Shown in pieces: positions 12,081 to 25,010 of a DNA stretch of 52,044 bases. Within the stretch, counting starts at the first letter, position 1; the number at the start of each line of letters is the position of its first letter. The translations under genes and the position numbers were made by a program. The notes beneath the pieces are model-generated. The model was not told the origin of the DNA. It did no database searches and worked only from the letters and a program-made list of their open reading frames with translations. This DNA comes from Mustelus asterias (taxonomy: Eukaryota), in the NCBI RefSeq assembly GCF_964213995.1, contig NW_027591489.1, forward strand, positions 11,957-64,000, given 5' to 3'.

Positions 12081-14117
12081 TTTCATTGGATTTGGGATGT
12101 GATTGTGGGTTTTCCTGCTATATCTCTTTCTCTTCAATCTTTCTCCCGTGATTGAGAGTTATCAGGGAGGGAGAGAGAGAGAAAGGGATGGTAACAGAGA
12201 GAGAGAGAAAGGGATGGTAACAGAGAGAGAGAGAGAGCAAAGGCAGAGGGGCAGGGAGAGGAGAGAGATTGGAGGGGAGTGGGTTAGCGGGTGGGGATGG
12301 GGGAGCCTCCGCTGTGCACTCACAGCCCAGCCAGCTCCCCAGTCTCTGGTTAGGTGCATTAACCCACTCTGGCGCATTAACAGGCGCCAGAGTGTGGCGA
12401 CTAGGAGAATTTCACAGTAACTTCATTGCAGTGTTAATGTAAGCCTTACTTGTGACTAAGAAATAAACTTTACTTTATACTTTACTCTGAGATAAAGACC
12501 CTCACTCACAGCCTCCCAGAAGGTGGGATTTATAAACAGCGACTGTGTAACTGAGGCTGAATCTGTGCTGTTGTGTTTGAAAATATATTTTCCTCATATT
12601 TGATGTGTTGTAAAGATATTGGAATGTGGCTGCTACCACATTGCAGTGAGAGAGAGATGTAGCTTTGCAGAAGGAGCTTCCCTCCCCATTTCCCCATGGA
12701 AATCACTGAGAAATAGCAAACGTGGCCCACAACACGTCATTATTTGAAACGGTCAGACAGAAACTTATCAGAGAGAGCATTTTAATCCCCATTCATCCCC
12801 AGATGGAGAAACAGAGCAGAGATCAGGACAGATTATCCAGAGTAGGAGAGACCGGGGCAGAGATGGGGTATTGGATATATATATAGATCTGGGGGGAAAG
12901 AAAAAGAGACACAGAGGGGGCTGGACAGGTTCAGAGATAGAGGCAGAGAAACGGGCAGAGAGAAAGAAACAGCGAGAGACAGAGGGAATGGGAGAGAGAG
13001 GTGTGACTGTGCTCGGAGTGGAAGGTTCCCTGTTCATATCGAATGTACAAACAGCCCCAATCCTGGAGTGACTCGTCATTATTTTTATTTGGGGTGGGGG
13101 AGAGATGGGGGGGGGGGGGGGGGGAGAGAGAGGGAGAAGTGTGGTTCCATCATTGCCCACTCACTTTAGCCCAATCCTCACTTAAAATATCACTTTGTAT
13201 CTGGCCCTGCTCAGACTGTGTGTGGGATCTTGCTGTGCCCTCCTCCCCACCCCATATTCCCTGCACTGTGACAGCACCCCACACTTTAAACATGAAAAGA
13301 TGGAGAGGAAGGAGGGTGGGGTAGAGAGAGAGGAACAGAGAATGGGTGGGGAGTGTCGGGGGCTCAGTGGAGGGGGGTAGGGGGATAGAGACAGAGGCTC
13401 TGGGGGTGGAGAGGTGTCCTCCTGCAGTGTGGGACTCCCTGTGGATCCTGATTGCAGCATTCCCAGTCTCTCTCTCTCCCTCTCACTGTGAAGCACTCGG
13501 GAGGGAGAGGGAGCTGAAATTCAAATTTCTGAGCCTGGGGGAAAGGCTTGTTCTCAATCCCAGAGTCCTGCTTGTGTTTTTAGACAGGGCGCTGGGATTT
13601 GTGGGTGTGGATGGAGAAGATTGTTCTGTTTAACTGGGGGGTGGGAGAGAGGGGGGTTTGTTCTTTCTACCTGAGGAATAATGCAGCCTCTGTGACTAGA
13701 CCGCACTTCATGGCCTAAATCTCAGCAGCACTTTTGCATTCGCTTAATTCCCCTTTAAGTGGCTGAATTCAATGGTTCAATAAAATGTGAAGCAGCCGCT
13801 TCAGGGTGGGATTGTGGATTTTCCTGCCCCCACCCCCCTCTCATTTCCCTTTTGATTGAGTTTTATTTTAAACGGTCAGACAGAAACTTAGAGAGAGCAT
13901 TTCAATCCAGATTCACCTCGAGGTAGAGAAACAGAGCAGAGATCAGGACAGGTTATCCAGAGACGGGGTATTGGACAGATAGATATCTGGGGGAAGTGTG
14001 TAGGAGACGGAGAGGGAGAAACAGAGGGCGGGGGGGGGGAGAGGTGACTGATAGAAGTGGGAACTTCATTGGGGCCTCCTGTGTTTATTCACTGGCCTGT
14101 CTCTGGAGTAAAGTTGG

Positions 14118-14805
14118 GAAAGTCCCTGAAAGTTGGGAATCAAGTAGATAAGGTTGTTAAGAAGGCATATGGTGTCTTGGCGTTTATTGGTAGGGGGATT
14201 GAATTTAGGAATCGTAGCGTTATGTTGCAACTGTACACAACTCTGGTGCGGCCGCACTTGGAGTACTGTGTGCAGTTCTGGTCCCCACATTACAGGAAGG
14301 ATATGGAGGCTTTGGAGAGGGTGCAGAGGAGGTTTACCAGGATGTTGCCTGGTATGGAGGGGAGATCCTATGAGGAGAGGCTGAGGGATTTGGGATTGTT
14401 TTCGCTGGAAAGGCGGCGGCTAAGAGGGGATCTTATTGAAACATATAAGATGATTAGAGGTTTAGATAGGGTGGATAGTGATAGCCTTTTTCCTCTGATG
14501 GAGAAATCCAGCACGAGGGGGCATGGCTTTAAATTGAGGGGGGGTAGTTATAGGACCGATATCAGGGGTAGGTTCTTTACCCAGAGAGTGGTGAGGGATT
14601 GGAATGCCCTGCCAGCATCAGTTGTAAATGCGCCTAGTTTGGGGGCGTTTAAGAGAGCCGTAGATAGATTCATGGACGAAAAGAAATTGGTTTAGGTTGG
14701 AGGGTCACAGTGTTTTTTTTTTAGTAACTGGTCGGTGCAACATCGTGGGCCGAAGGGCCTGTTCTGCGCTGTAATGTTCTATGTTCTATGTTCTATGTTC
14801 TATGT
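14118..14805 (+). mobile_element. CR1 LINE 3' end (young, 5'-truncated)
   Basis: Open ORF2 C-terminus LVRPHLEYCVQFWSPH...LERVQRRFTRM...RGDLIETYK...FFTQRVV; (TTCTATG)n tail. Confidence 0.95.
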
Positions 14806-17679
14806 AAAGCCCCCAGAATGCTTTGACGTGTTTAATAAATTCAATATCGGGACAGTCAGGAGGCAGTTCATTGCATTTGAAACGTGTTCCCATTTTGTCA
14901 GGGTTTAATAATGAGGAGGTGAAAATGAATGTTTCCCCCACCGCCCCCCCCCAGTGAGATTGTGAATTTCAGCAAGTCCTGGGATCTTGCTGTGCCTTTT
15001 ATTGTTTTTAATCAGCTTTTGTTTTGTGTTTAATCAAATTTCACTTTATTTTCTCTTTCTCTCTTCCAAGGAGAATTCCTTTGGAAACTTTGGCGATGCA
15101 GAGAGCGAATAGTTTTGCCGTGAGGAATCCTCGGACAAGAGCTATAACCAGAGAGAAAAATATTAATAAAAGTCCCCGTGTCTTTGTCGTTCATTTTTAT
15201 TCACAGATCGACTGGTGGGGCTTTTACACGGAGGGTTAGTGGTCTGTGTGTCAGGGGGAGGGGGTATTCCCAGTGATCCCTGCTCCAATGTAATCCCACA
15301 GATTTCAATCCCTCTCCCTGAAGCTCTGTCTGTGCAACTCCCCCATCCTCAGAACTGTTTCTCCACATCTTTCCAATCCCTGTCTCTCCCCATCCTTTAT
15401 ACCTCAGCCTCTCACAATGGCAGCATCTTTCCCTTTTTCTCTCCTCTCTGTCTTTCACTCTCTCTGAAACATTGTCACTCTGTCTTGCCAAAGCCCCACT
15501 TTCTACTTATCTCCACATCTCACTTTGTATCTCAGCCTCTCTGGACATCTCTCTCTCTCTCTGGATCATTTTATCTCAATCACAGCAGCCTCCTCTCCGT
15601 CTCTCTCTCTATCTCTGCTCCCCCCTCTGTCTATCTCTGCTCCCCCCTCTGTCTATCTCTGCTCCCCCCTCTGTCTATCTCTGCTCCCTCTCTGTGACTC
15701 ATTCTGTCTGAAGTACAGCAGCATTCTCTCTCTCTCCCCATCTCTATATCTTTTCACAATAACTTCATTGCAGTGTTAATGTAAGCCTACTTGTGATTAA
15801 CAAATAAAATTTTAACTTTAACTCTGCTTTTATTTGTCTCTTATCTCTCTCTCTATCGCTTCCCTCTCTCTATCTGCTTCCCCCTCTCTCTGATCTCTGC
15901 TTCCTTCTCTGTGAATCAGTCTGAATTACAGTCGCATCCTCCCCATCTCCATCTCTCTGATCTCTGCTTCCCCCTCTCTGTGAATCATTCTGTCTGAATT
16001 ACAGCAGCATTCTCTCTATCTCCATCTCTCTATCTCTGCTTCTCTGTCTCTTATATCTCTCTCTCTCTCTGCTCTCTCGTGGGGGACGGGCCAGATCACA
16101 GGTTTGCTGTTCACAAGCAGCAAAGGCCCAGGAACGCAGAGGGAGGGAATCGGGGGCAATTCAGAGGGATTCAGCACTGCTGAAAGGGGGGAGTGTGTAA
16201 TACAGGGGTTTGTTCAGAGCCAGGGGCTATTAGACAGAGAGGGAAGGGGCCGGTGGGGGAGGCTGTTGTACAAGAGGGGGGAATATTATAACACAGGCTG
16301 ACCAGAGTCAGGGGTTATCAGAGAAAGGGGGCAATGGAGGAGGGGGGAGGGGGAATCAGACAGGGGGTCTGTTGTACAGGATGGGGGTGGGGGATGTTAT
16401 AACACAGGCTGCTCAGTGTCAAGGGAATTAGTCATTTGAACGTTAATGTTTAAAATGGGCAGAGTTTCCACATCCAACTCCACCAGGAGCTGTTTACAGG
16501 GGGGTGGTGGACGGGGATGGACGCGCGGAGGGGGGGGGGGGGGGTACTAATTAGAAAGGGGGGTATCTGTCAGTCCAGAGGCTGTTCACAGGGAGGGAGT
16601 GGGAATTTGCCAGGTTGAGAGGGGCGGGGGGGGAAAGAGGGGAACTTAGAGGGATACGGGGCTCAGAGGGAAGGATCGGGAGATTTAGAGGGATTGTGAG
16701 GAGGGACGACAGATTTGGCTGGAGTGGGGGGGGATTGAGGGGGATTAAAGGGGGAGAGTGGAGAGGGATGTAGGGGTAGACTCAGGGATTGTGGTCGGGA
16801 ATTAGAGGGATTCAGGGGGATTTAAGGGTCTCATGGGGACTTTGGGATTTAGCGGGGCTGAGAGGGAGGGAATCGGGGGGGAATTGAGGGGGATTTGGGA
16901 AGAGGGGGCTCAGAGGGGGATTTCTGGGGTTCTGAGGGATACAGGAGGGATTGGGGGGTTTACGGGGATTAAAAGACATGGTTTGGTGCTCAGACAGATT
17001 GAAGGGGTGGGATTGGAGAGGGAGCAGGATTCGGGGGCAGAGGAATGTGGCGAGGGTGGGTGCGATCTCAGGAGACATTCAGGGGGGATTCCAGAGGAAT
17101 CTCAGGGGCTTAGAATCTGGGGAGGGTCTGGATGGGGTAGGGAGTCAGAGGGAGTTAGCGGGGGGGCGAGTCGGGGTGGAGGGAAAGGGATTGAGGGCGG
17201 GGTGGATTTATAGGGATTTGGGAGGGGGGAAATTCAGAGAGGGATTTAGGGTGGGGCCTTGCATCAGGGTTAGAATTGGGGGGGTGTCGAGCGATTCGGA
17301 GTGGGGGGGTGACTCAGAGGGATTCAGGGGTGGGGAGGACTGCGGAAGGATTGGGTGGCTTGATTTTGGCAGGGGGGGCAAAGGGAGCCTTTGGGGGGGG
17401 GGCTGAGGATTTGGGACAGGAACTTGGAGGATTCAGGGGGCTGAGAGTCAGATTGGCAGTGGGTGTCAGAGAGATTGAGCGGGGGGAGGGGGTGCTTACA
17501 GAGTCGGATTAAAGCAGATCGTGCAGAGGGACAGGGAATCAGGTGGGGGAAAGAGGAGGTTTGGGGGGGAATTAGTGGAGATTGAGGGCAGCGGGTTGAG
17601 AAGGATTGGGAGTGGCTCAGAGGGCTTTGGCGGTGAGTTCCTGAGAGAGAGTGAGTGGGGGGGTGATTAGAGTGGGATT

Positions 17680-18174
17680 GGGGGGGCAATTCGGGGGGCG
17701 GGCAATTCGGGGGCGGGCAATTCGGGGGCGGGCAATTCGGGGGCGGGCAATTCGGGGGCGGGCAATTCGGGGGGGGCAATTCGGGGGGGGGCAATTCGGG
17801 GGGGGGGCAATTCGGGGGCGGGCAATTCGGGGGCGGGCAATTCGGGGGGGGGGCCATTCGGGGGGGGGGGGCCATTCGGGGGGGGGGCCATTCGGGGGGG
17901 GGGCCATTCGGGGGGGGGGGCAATTCGGGGGGGGGCAATTCGGGGGCGGGCAATTCGGGGGGGGGCAATTCGGGGGGGGCAATTCGGGGGGGGCAATTCG
18001 GGGGCGGGCAATTCGGGGGCGGGCAATTCGGGGGGGGGGGCCATTCGGGGGGGGGGGGCCATTCGGGGGGGGGGGGGCCATTCGGGGGGGGGGCCATTCG
18101 GGGGGGGGGCCATTCGGGGGGGGGCAATTCGGGGGAGGGCAATTCGGGGGGGGGCAATTCGGGGGGGGGCAATT
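17680..18174 (+). repeat. G-run minisatellite (GGGGGCGGGCAATTC / GnCCATTC)
   Basis: About 33 tandem 14-18-bp units, directly visible. Confidence 0.97.
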
Positions 18175-18384
18175 ATGACAGCATTATGGTGAAGGAAGAA
18201 ACTGAAGCTAACCTTTATTTGGAATAGATTTATTTGCAGAGTAAAACATTACAAGTACATACCTCCCAACTCCACTCTGTGACAGTGTCTCTTTATTTGC
18301 ACTCGTCCAATCAATGCCCTCCATTTGTATATATTTAATCTCAAATAATTTAGTTAACACCCAGAGTTGGAGCAGATAATGTGT

Positions 18385-18835
18385 CTAATCTGAGTGATTG
18401 CCATAATGTCTCAACAGGGGTTGAATCATTCTTTTGCTCCCACACTGAGTGCCAGTAAATGGCCTCTCACCGAGATGAACTCTCTGGTTTCTCCACAGAT
18501 GATGACTCAGTGAATCCTTTCCCAAACTCAGAGCAGGTGAATGGTCTCTCTCCAGTGTGAACTTGCTGTTTCTGCAGAGCAGATGACTGAGTGAATCCCT
18601 TCCCACAGTCAGCACAACTGAACAGCCTCTACCCCAGTGTGACTGCATTGATGAGTTTTCAGTGCAGATGGGTAATTGAATCCCTTCCCACAATCCTCCC
18701 ATTTCCACTGTTTCTCCATGGTGCCAGAGTCCTTGTGTCTCTCCAGGTTGAAGCTTCGGCCACATACAGAACGTGTCTACAGTTTCTCCCCACGCTGCAT
18801 GTTGTGATGTTTTTTTCAGGCCGTGTAACTCGTCT
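18385..18835 (-). pseudogene. Degenerate C2H2 zinc-finger paralog fragment
   Basis: [29 protein letters not shown] followed by frameshifted finger remnants; DNA resembles 20900-21050. Confidence 0.78.
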
Positions 18836-18929
18836 ACAAAGAGTCAAATAGGTTTGAGAAACCCAATGCATTCCTTCTGAGCTGTAATGACTCTGACTGG
18901 AAAGATACAGCGTAGCTACATGTAATATA

Positions 18930-19212
18930 GTTTAAGTTTATTGATTAGTGTCACAAGTAGGCTTACATTAACACAGCAATGAAGTTACTGAAAATCCCCG
19001 AGTTGCCACACTCCGGTGCCTATTCAGATACACAGAGGGAGAATTTAGCATGGCCGATGCACCGAACCAGCATGTCTTTCCGACTGGGAGGAAACTGGAG
19101 CACCGGAGGAAACCCATGCAGACACGGGGAGAATGTGCAAACTCCACACAGACAGTGACCCAAGCCAGGAATCAAACCCGAGTCCTTGGCGCTGTGAGGC
19201 AGCAGTGCTCAC
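18930..19212 (-). mobile_element. HE1/V-SINE-like element
   Basis: Homologous to 1013-1300. Confidence 0.88.
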
Positions 19213-19539
19213 CATAATATGATAGTAAACTAATAAAAATAGAAATGTGTTGAATTAGAAAACCATAAAAAATGGTCCACCAATCACTTCAGTCTCCACA
19301 GTTGCATGGCTTCTCCCTAATGTGATTGAGAACGGAGTTGTTTCCTTCCATGTACAAAATTCTCTGCTGTTCAGATAATCTGATGCTTTGTGCAAGTTTC
19401 CTGACCCCAAATCCTCCTCTTCTCAAACCAACTATATTAACACTGAAACAGAGCTGAAGTTATTTTTCAATTCAGCAGAAACAGACCCAAAGGAACATGG
19501 TTTAGTTTGAATATGCTCAACAGGAAAATACAATCACAA

Positions 19540-19860
19540 TAGTTCCTTGTGAATTCGCTGGTGTCTCAAAAGAGTGGATGAGGTAACATATCCCTTCCCA
19601 CACCGGGAGCAAGTGAATGGCCTCTCCCCTTTGTGAATTCGCTGGTGTATTGCTAGGCTGGATGAGTCAATGAATCTCTTGCCACACACACAGTAGGTAA
19701 AAGGCCTCTCTCCAGTGTGAACTCGCTGGTGTACAACTAGTTTGGATGACGATTAAATCCCTTTCCACTCTGGGAGCAGGTGAATGGCCTCTCCTCTTTG
19801 TGAGTTCGCCAGTGTATTGCTGGGTTGGATGAGTCAGCGAATCTCTTCTCACACTGGGTG
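19540..19860 (-). pseudogene. Out-of-frame degenerate zinc fingers downstream of the ZNF stop
   Basis: [21 protein letters not shown]..., [21 protein letters not shown] and [21 protein letters not shown] lie in shifted frames. Confidence 0.8.
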
Positions 19861-20928
19861 CAGGTGGGATGAACAAGTGAATCCCTTCCCACAATGAGAG
19901 CAGGTGAATGGCCTCTCCCCAGTGTGAACTCGCTGGTGTGTCTGCAGGTTGGATACCCAAGTGAATCCCTTCCCACACTGAGAGCAGGTGAACGGTCTCT
20001 CCCCAGTGTGAACTCGCTGGTGTGCCCGCAGGTTGGATACCCAAGTGAATCCCTTCCCACACTGAGAGCAGGTGAACGGTCTCTCCCCAGTGTGAACTCG
20101 CTGGTGTACCCGCAGGTTGGATGAACAAGTGAATCCCTTCCCACACTGAGAGCAGGTGAACGGTCTCTCCCCAGTGTGAACTCGCTGGTGTACCCGCAGG
20201 TTGGATGAACAAGTGAATCCCTTCCCACACTGAGAACAGGTGAATGGTCTCTCCCCCGTGTGAACTCGCTGGTGCCTCCGCAGGTGGGATGAACAAATGA
20301 ATCCCTTCCCACACTGAGAACAGGTGAATGGCCTCTCCCCAGTGTGAATTCGCTGGTGTGTCTGCAGGCTGGATGACTGAATGAATCCCTCCCCACACTG
20401 AGAGCAGGTGAATGGCCTCTCCCCAGTGTGAACTCGTTGATGCATCCGCAGGTGGGATGAACAAGTGAATCCCTTCCCACATTGAGAGCAGCTGAATGGT
20501 CTCTCCCCAGTGTGAACTCGCTGGTGTGACTGCAGGTAGGATGATTGAGTGAATCCCTTCCCACACTGAGAGCAGGTGAATGGTCTCTCCCCAGTGTGAA
20601 CTCGCTGATGTCTCTGCAGGCTGGATGACAGAGTGAATCCCTCCCCGCACTGAGAGCAGGTGAACGGTCTCTCCCCAGTGTGAACTCGCTGGTGTGTCTG
20701 CAGGTTGGATGATCGAGTGAATCCCTTCCCACACTGAGAGCAGGTGAATGGTCTCTCCCCAGTGTGAACTCGCTGATGTCTCTGCAGGGTGGATGACTCA
20801 GTGAATCCCTTCCCACACTGAGAGCAGGTGAATGGCCTCTCCCCAGTGTGGCTGCGCCGATGAGCTTCCAGCAGAGATGGGGCTCTGTATCCCTTCCCAC
20901 AGTCCCCACATTTCCATGGTTTCTCCAT
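19849..20928 (-). CDS. C2H2 (Kruppel-type) zinc-finger protein, 12 complete fingers plus a truncated 13th
   Basis: ATG at [10 protein letters not shown]; repeated [27 protein letters not shown] units. Upstream acceptor tttcacAG at 21280-21281. No KRAB domain seen. Confidence 0.88.
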   Translation of the reverse strand: MEKPWKCGDCGKGYRAPSLLEAHRRSHTGERPFTCSQCGKGFTESSTLQRHQRVHTGERPFTCSQCGKGFTRSSNLQTHQRVHTGERPFTCSQCGEGFTLSSSLQRHQRVHTGERPFTCSQCGKGFTQSSYLQSHQRVHTGERPFSCSQCGKGFTCSSHLRMHQRVHTGERPFTCSQCGEGFIQSSSLQTHQRIHTGERPFTCSQCGKGFICSSHLRRHQRVHTGERPFTCSQCGKGFTCSSNLRVHQRVHTGERPFTCSQCGKGFTCSSNLRVHQRVHTGERPFTCSQCGKGFTWVSNLRAHQRVHTGERPFTCSQCGKGFTWVSNLQTHQRVHTGERPFTCSHCGKGFTCSSHLHPV

Positions 20929-22589
20929 GGTGCAGGTGTCCTTGCCTCTCTCTTGGGTGGACAATCAGTTGAAGCCTCGTCCACACACAGAACACGAGTA
21001 CAGTCTCTCCCCGCTGTGAATGGTGTGATATTTATTCAGGCTGTGTAACTGGTTAAAGCTCTTTAGTCCATGCACTGGAACACTCTCACTTGAGTGTGGC
21101 AGCGTGTTGGTGCTTTTCCAGTCACACTGATGTTTGGAATCTTTTCAAATCAACAGACTGGACAATAATTTCTCCTTCTAGATTCAAAGGCCGATGATAT
21201 TCAGCTCCCAAGGAATATGACTCTGTCAGATCTAGACGTGACGTTTGAGATTTCGGCCTGTGATTCCTCTTTCAGTATCCTGTGAAACAAGTTTACAAAA
21301 GTCATCAGTGTCAGTACAGGATGGAAATTCAGAACAGACAATTCTAGTTTCTATGGAACATTCTTTCCTATTTCAGTCCCAAAACATTGTGAATCTCCAT
21401 CCCACACACTCTCCCTCCATTCTCACTCTGCTGTATCTAATATTCACCCTCCCAATTCTCCTGAAGGTGCTGATTGAGGCTGATTGACAGATCCATGCTC
21501 ACTGCTTCCTGTCCTGGACACAGAGACCATAACAAATAGGAGCTGCAGTCGGCCATTTGGTCCATCGAGCCTTTTAAACTATTCAATGAGATAATTCGTT
21601 CATCTACCTCGGCATCATTCTCCCCACACTAAACCCATATCCCTTGATCTCTTCAATATCTAGAAACCAATCAATCTCTCTCTTGAAAATAGTTGATGAC
21701 TGAGGCTTCACTGTCCTCAGGGGTTGAGAATTCCAAATCTTTACCACATCCTTGGGTGAAGAAATCCCCCCACGTATTAGCTTCTGCTCCATCTTCTTGT
21801 CTGTTCCCCATAACCCTTGTCAGTCAAAGATCTGTCTAACTGGGATATATTCAATGATCCTCAGCCTCCACTGGTCCCTGTGGAAGAGAAATCCAAAAGA
21901 CTAACAACCCTCTGAGGGAAGAGACGTCTGGAAATATATAACGTAGCTACAGTTCCATATTACAAGATATTCAGATCCCAAGGAATATGACTCTTTCTAG
22001 ATGTGGCGGTTGAGATTTTTGCCTGTGATTCCTCGTTCAAAATCCTGTGAAATGAGTTTGCAAAAGTCATCACAGTCAGTATAGGATAGAAATTCAGAGC
22101 AGACAATTCTAGTTTCTCTGGAACATTCTTTCCTATTTCATTCCCAAAAAGTTGTAAATCTCCATCCATATCTATGGATTCTATTTACAAATGAAAGTGG
22201 ATGAGCACTTGAAGGAAATAAACTTGCAGGAGAATGGGGATATCGAGTGGGAATGGGACTGGAATGTTATACAGAGAGTCAGCCTGGACTCGAGTTACCA
22301 AATGGATTCCTTCTGTGCTGTAATGACTTTATGACTGGAAGTGTATAACATCGCTGCAGCATTATATTACAATGCATGAAATAATAATAAATGTATTTTA
22401 TTACAGAAGCATAAAGAATGTATCTAATCTGAGTACCATATAATAACACTAGACATATCTCTGTCCTATATTAATTTACTGTACGCCTGAATGTCAGCCA
22501 TCTCCTGGGGAAAGCTGCCCTTTAATGTGAACATGAGGAAAAAGACCATCCTTTTCGACAGACAAATAAATGTGTCAAGCTGAGGGAGC

Positions 22590-23075
22590 AAAGGATGTTT
22601 ACCAGGCTGATTCAGGGAATCGCGGGACTGATGTATGAGGAGAGACTGACTCGGTTAGGATTGTTTTCGTTGGAGTTCAAATGAATGAGGGGGGAATCTC
22701 AAAGAGACTGATAAAATTCTAACAGGTCGAGACAGGATAGATGCAGGGAGGATGTTCCTGATGGAGTCCAGAACTGGGGGTCACAGTCTGAGGATTCAGG
22801 GCAGACCATTTAGGACGGAGGTGAGTAGACATTTCTTCACCCAAAGAGTGGTGAGCCTGTCGAATTTATTACCACAGGAAGTAGTTGGTGCCAAAACATT
22901 GAATGTATTCAAGAGGTGGCTGGATATAGCACTTGGGGCGAATGGGATCACAGGTTAGGGGAAAAAGCAGGATTAGGCTATTGAGTTGGGTGATCAGCCA
23001 TGATTGTAATGAATGGCGGAGCAGGCTCGAAGGGCCAAATGGCCTCCTCCTGCTCCTATCTTCTATGTTTCTATA
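22590..23075 (+). mobile_element. CR1 LINE 3' fragment
   Basis: SRTGGHSLRI...FFTQRVV...LPQEVV motif and CR1 3' UTR. Confidence 0.88.
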
Positions 23076-23294
23076 TCAATGTCTTTAAGAGAGAGAGAGA
23101 CCTGGGCCAACCTTCCCAGAGTCTGCAACCTCCCTGGATTCACTTCCTTTCCCTTCAGTTGCTGCAAGTCCCCAATTTCCCGCAGAATGAGAAGAGAAAC
23201 TCACAGATGTTGGCCTCCTTTAGGTCAAACTCACAGATGTGAACGACAGGAGAAAGTTTGACTCTCTCTGAATCTCCATCTTCAATCACACAAG

Positions 23295-23662
23295 GCCCGC
23301 GCTCTCAATGGCTGGAGGACCAGAGTCCTTCCGGTCCTCCAAATCTTCCTATTGGCCAGAGCTGGTAAGGGGCCGTGAATCAAAGGTGCGCATGTGCGAG
23401 TTTGGGGGGAATGCGCATGTGCGGGTGTGGGGCGGGGCCCGGGACAAAGTCGGCGCACTGACCATTGTCTGTCCGGCTCTTCCAGCCTTTCCCATTGGAC
23501 AACAGCTCAGCGCGGCTGGAGGACAAAGTCCCGCCCACCCCCACGTGGGGCTCCGCCCCTCATTGTCTGTCAACGGGGTTTGACCAATGGAAACTCCGGA
23601 GGACCAGAGGTTCTCTGGTCCTCCAGCCAATCAGAGCTCCCCATTGCCTGAATGCGGAAGTG
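23295..23662. promoter_or_regulatory. CpG-rich TATA-less promoter, likely of the ZNF gene
   Basis: Two TGCGCATGTGCG (NRF1-type) motifs, GGGGCGGGG GC box, several CCAAT/ATTGG boxes and a CGGAAG ETS motif; minus-strand donor-like GTGAGT at ~23204. Confidence 0.7.
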
Positions 23663-23863
23663 GACAATAAGACCATAAGACATAGGAGCGGAAGTAAGGC
23701 CATTCGGCCCATCGAGTCCACTCCACCATTCAATCATGGTTGATTTCGAGCTTGTTCAGCTGCTCATTCCTGCCCAGCGAAGCTGCTGCCGCTCTCTCTC
23801 TCTGAATGAAGATTGAGCTTCAGACACAGACTCAAGGAAGTGAAAAGAATCAGCCAATGCCTA

Positions 23864-24202
23864 GGGGGGCAATGCCGGGGGGGGGGGCAATGCCGGGGGG
23901 GGGCAATGCCGGGGGGGGCAATGCCGGGGGGGGCAATGCCGGGGGGGGGGGCAATGCCGGGGGGGGGGGCAATGCCGGGGGGGGCAATGCCGGGGGGGGG
24001 GCAATGCCGGGGGGGGGGGCAATGCCGGGGGGGGGGGGGGCAATGCCGGGGGGGGGGGGCAATGCCGGGGGGGGGGGGGGGCAAAGCCCAGGGGGGGGGC
24101 AAAGCCCAGGGGGGGGCAAAGCCCAGGGGGGGGGGCAAAGCCCAGGGGGGGGGGCAAAGCCCAGGGGGGGGGGCAAAGCCCAGGGGGGGGGGCAAAGCCC
24201 AG
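23864..24202 (+). repeat. G-run minisatellite (GnCAATGCC then GnCAAAGCCCA), ends at a gap
   Basis: Tandem units directly visible. Confidence 0.97.
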
Positions 24203-24383
24203 NNNNNNNNNNNNNNNNNNNNNNNNNNNNNNNNNNNNNNNNNNNNNNNNNNNNNNNNNNNNNNNNNNNNNNNNNNNNNNNNNNNNNNNNNNNNNNNNNN
24301 NNNNNNNNNNNNNNNNNNNNNNNNNNNNNNNNNNNNNNNNNNNNNNNNNNNNNNNNNNNNNNNNNNNNNNNNNNNNNNNNNNN

Positions 24384-24710
24384 GAAAGATTGAGAGGGAG
24401 ATTGAGAGAGAGAAAGATTGAGAGATAGAAAGATTGAGAGATAGAAAGATTGAGAGAGAAAGATTGAGAGAGAGAAAGATTGAGAGACAGAAAGACAGAG
24501 AGAGATTGAGAGAGAAAGATTGAGAGAGATTAAGAGAGATTGAGAGAGAGAGAGAGATTGAGAGAGAGAGAGAGAGATTGAGAGAGAGATTGAGAGAGAG
24601 AGAGAGATTGAGAGAAAGATTTAGAGAGAGAAAGATTGAGATAGAAAGACAGAGAGATTGAGAGAGAGAAAGGTTGAGAGAGAGAAAGATGGAGAGGGAG
24701 ATTGAGAGGA
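24384..24710 (+). repeat. (GA)n / GAAAGATTGAGAGA low-complexity repeat
   Basis: Directly visible. Confidence 0.95.
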
Positions 24711-24783
24711 GGCTGCAAACAGAGAGAAAAGCAGGGCTGAGGCGGGAAAGGTGTAGACAGAAAGTGAAGAGGTTCATACTCAC

Positions 24784-24839
24784 CATCGCACATGTTTTCC
24801 CTCGGTGATCTCTCCAACTCCTTCCATCCCCTCTCCCAT
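24784..24839 (-). CDS. Putative first coding exon of an unknown gene (MGEGMEGVGEITEGKHVR, phase-2 donor)
   Basis: Acceptor ctttcccAG (exon start 24874), perfect Kozak CCACCATGG, donor TG|GTGAGT. Confidence 0.4.
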
Positions 24840-25010
24840 GGTGGGGAGAGAGATCCAGGAACAGGGGCTTTGTGCTGGGAAAGGGGGGGTTACAATATCA
24901 GAGCTGGAACTCCATGCAAGCACACACTGACTCACTCACTCACAAAGACACAGCTTACCTGATACTTACCAACCCACGTGGAGAGAGAGACAGGACAATG
25001 CATCGCCAGC

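Noticed and set aside
7295-14996. Recurring GTGGGATCTTGCTGTGC motif (about 7 copies), superficially CRISPR-like
   Set aside because: Irregular spacing in vertebrate DNA; it matches decayed Deu-type SINE sequence within local duplications.
17324-18178. Long Pro-rich and Gly-rich ORFs (also 23764-24786)
   Set aside because: Translations of G-run minisatellites and gaps; open in many frames.
19667-20984. 355-aa and 415-aa ORFs overlapping the ZNF
   Set aside because: Alternative frames of the 84-bp finger repeat.
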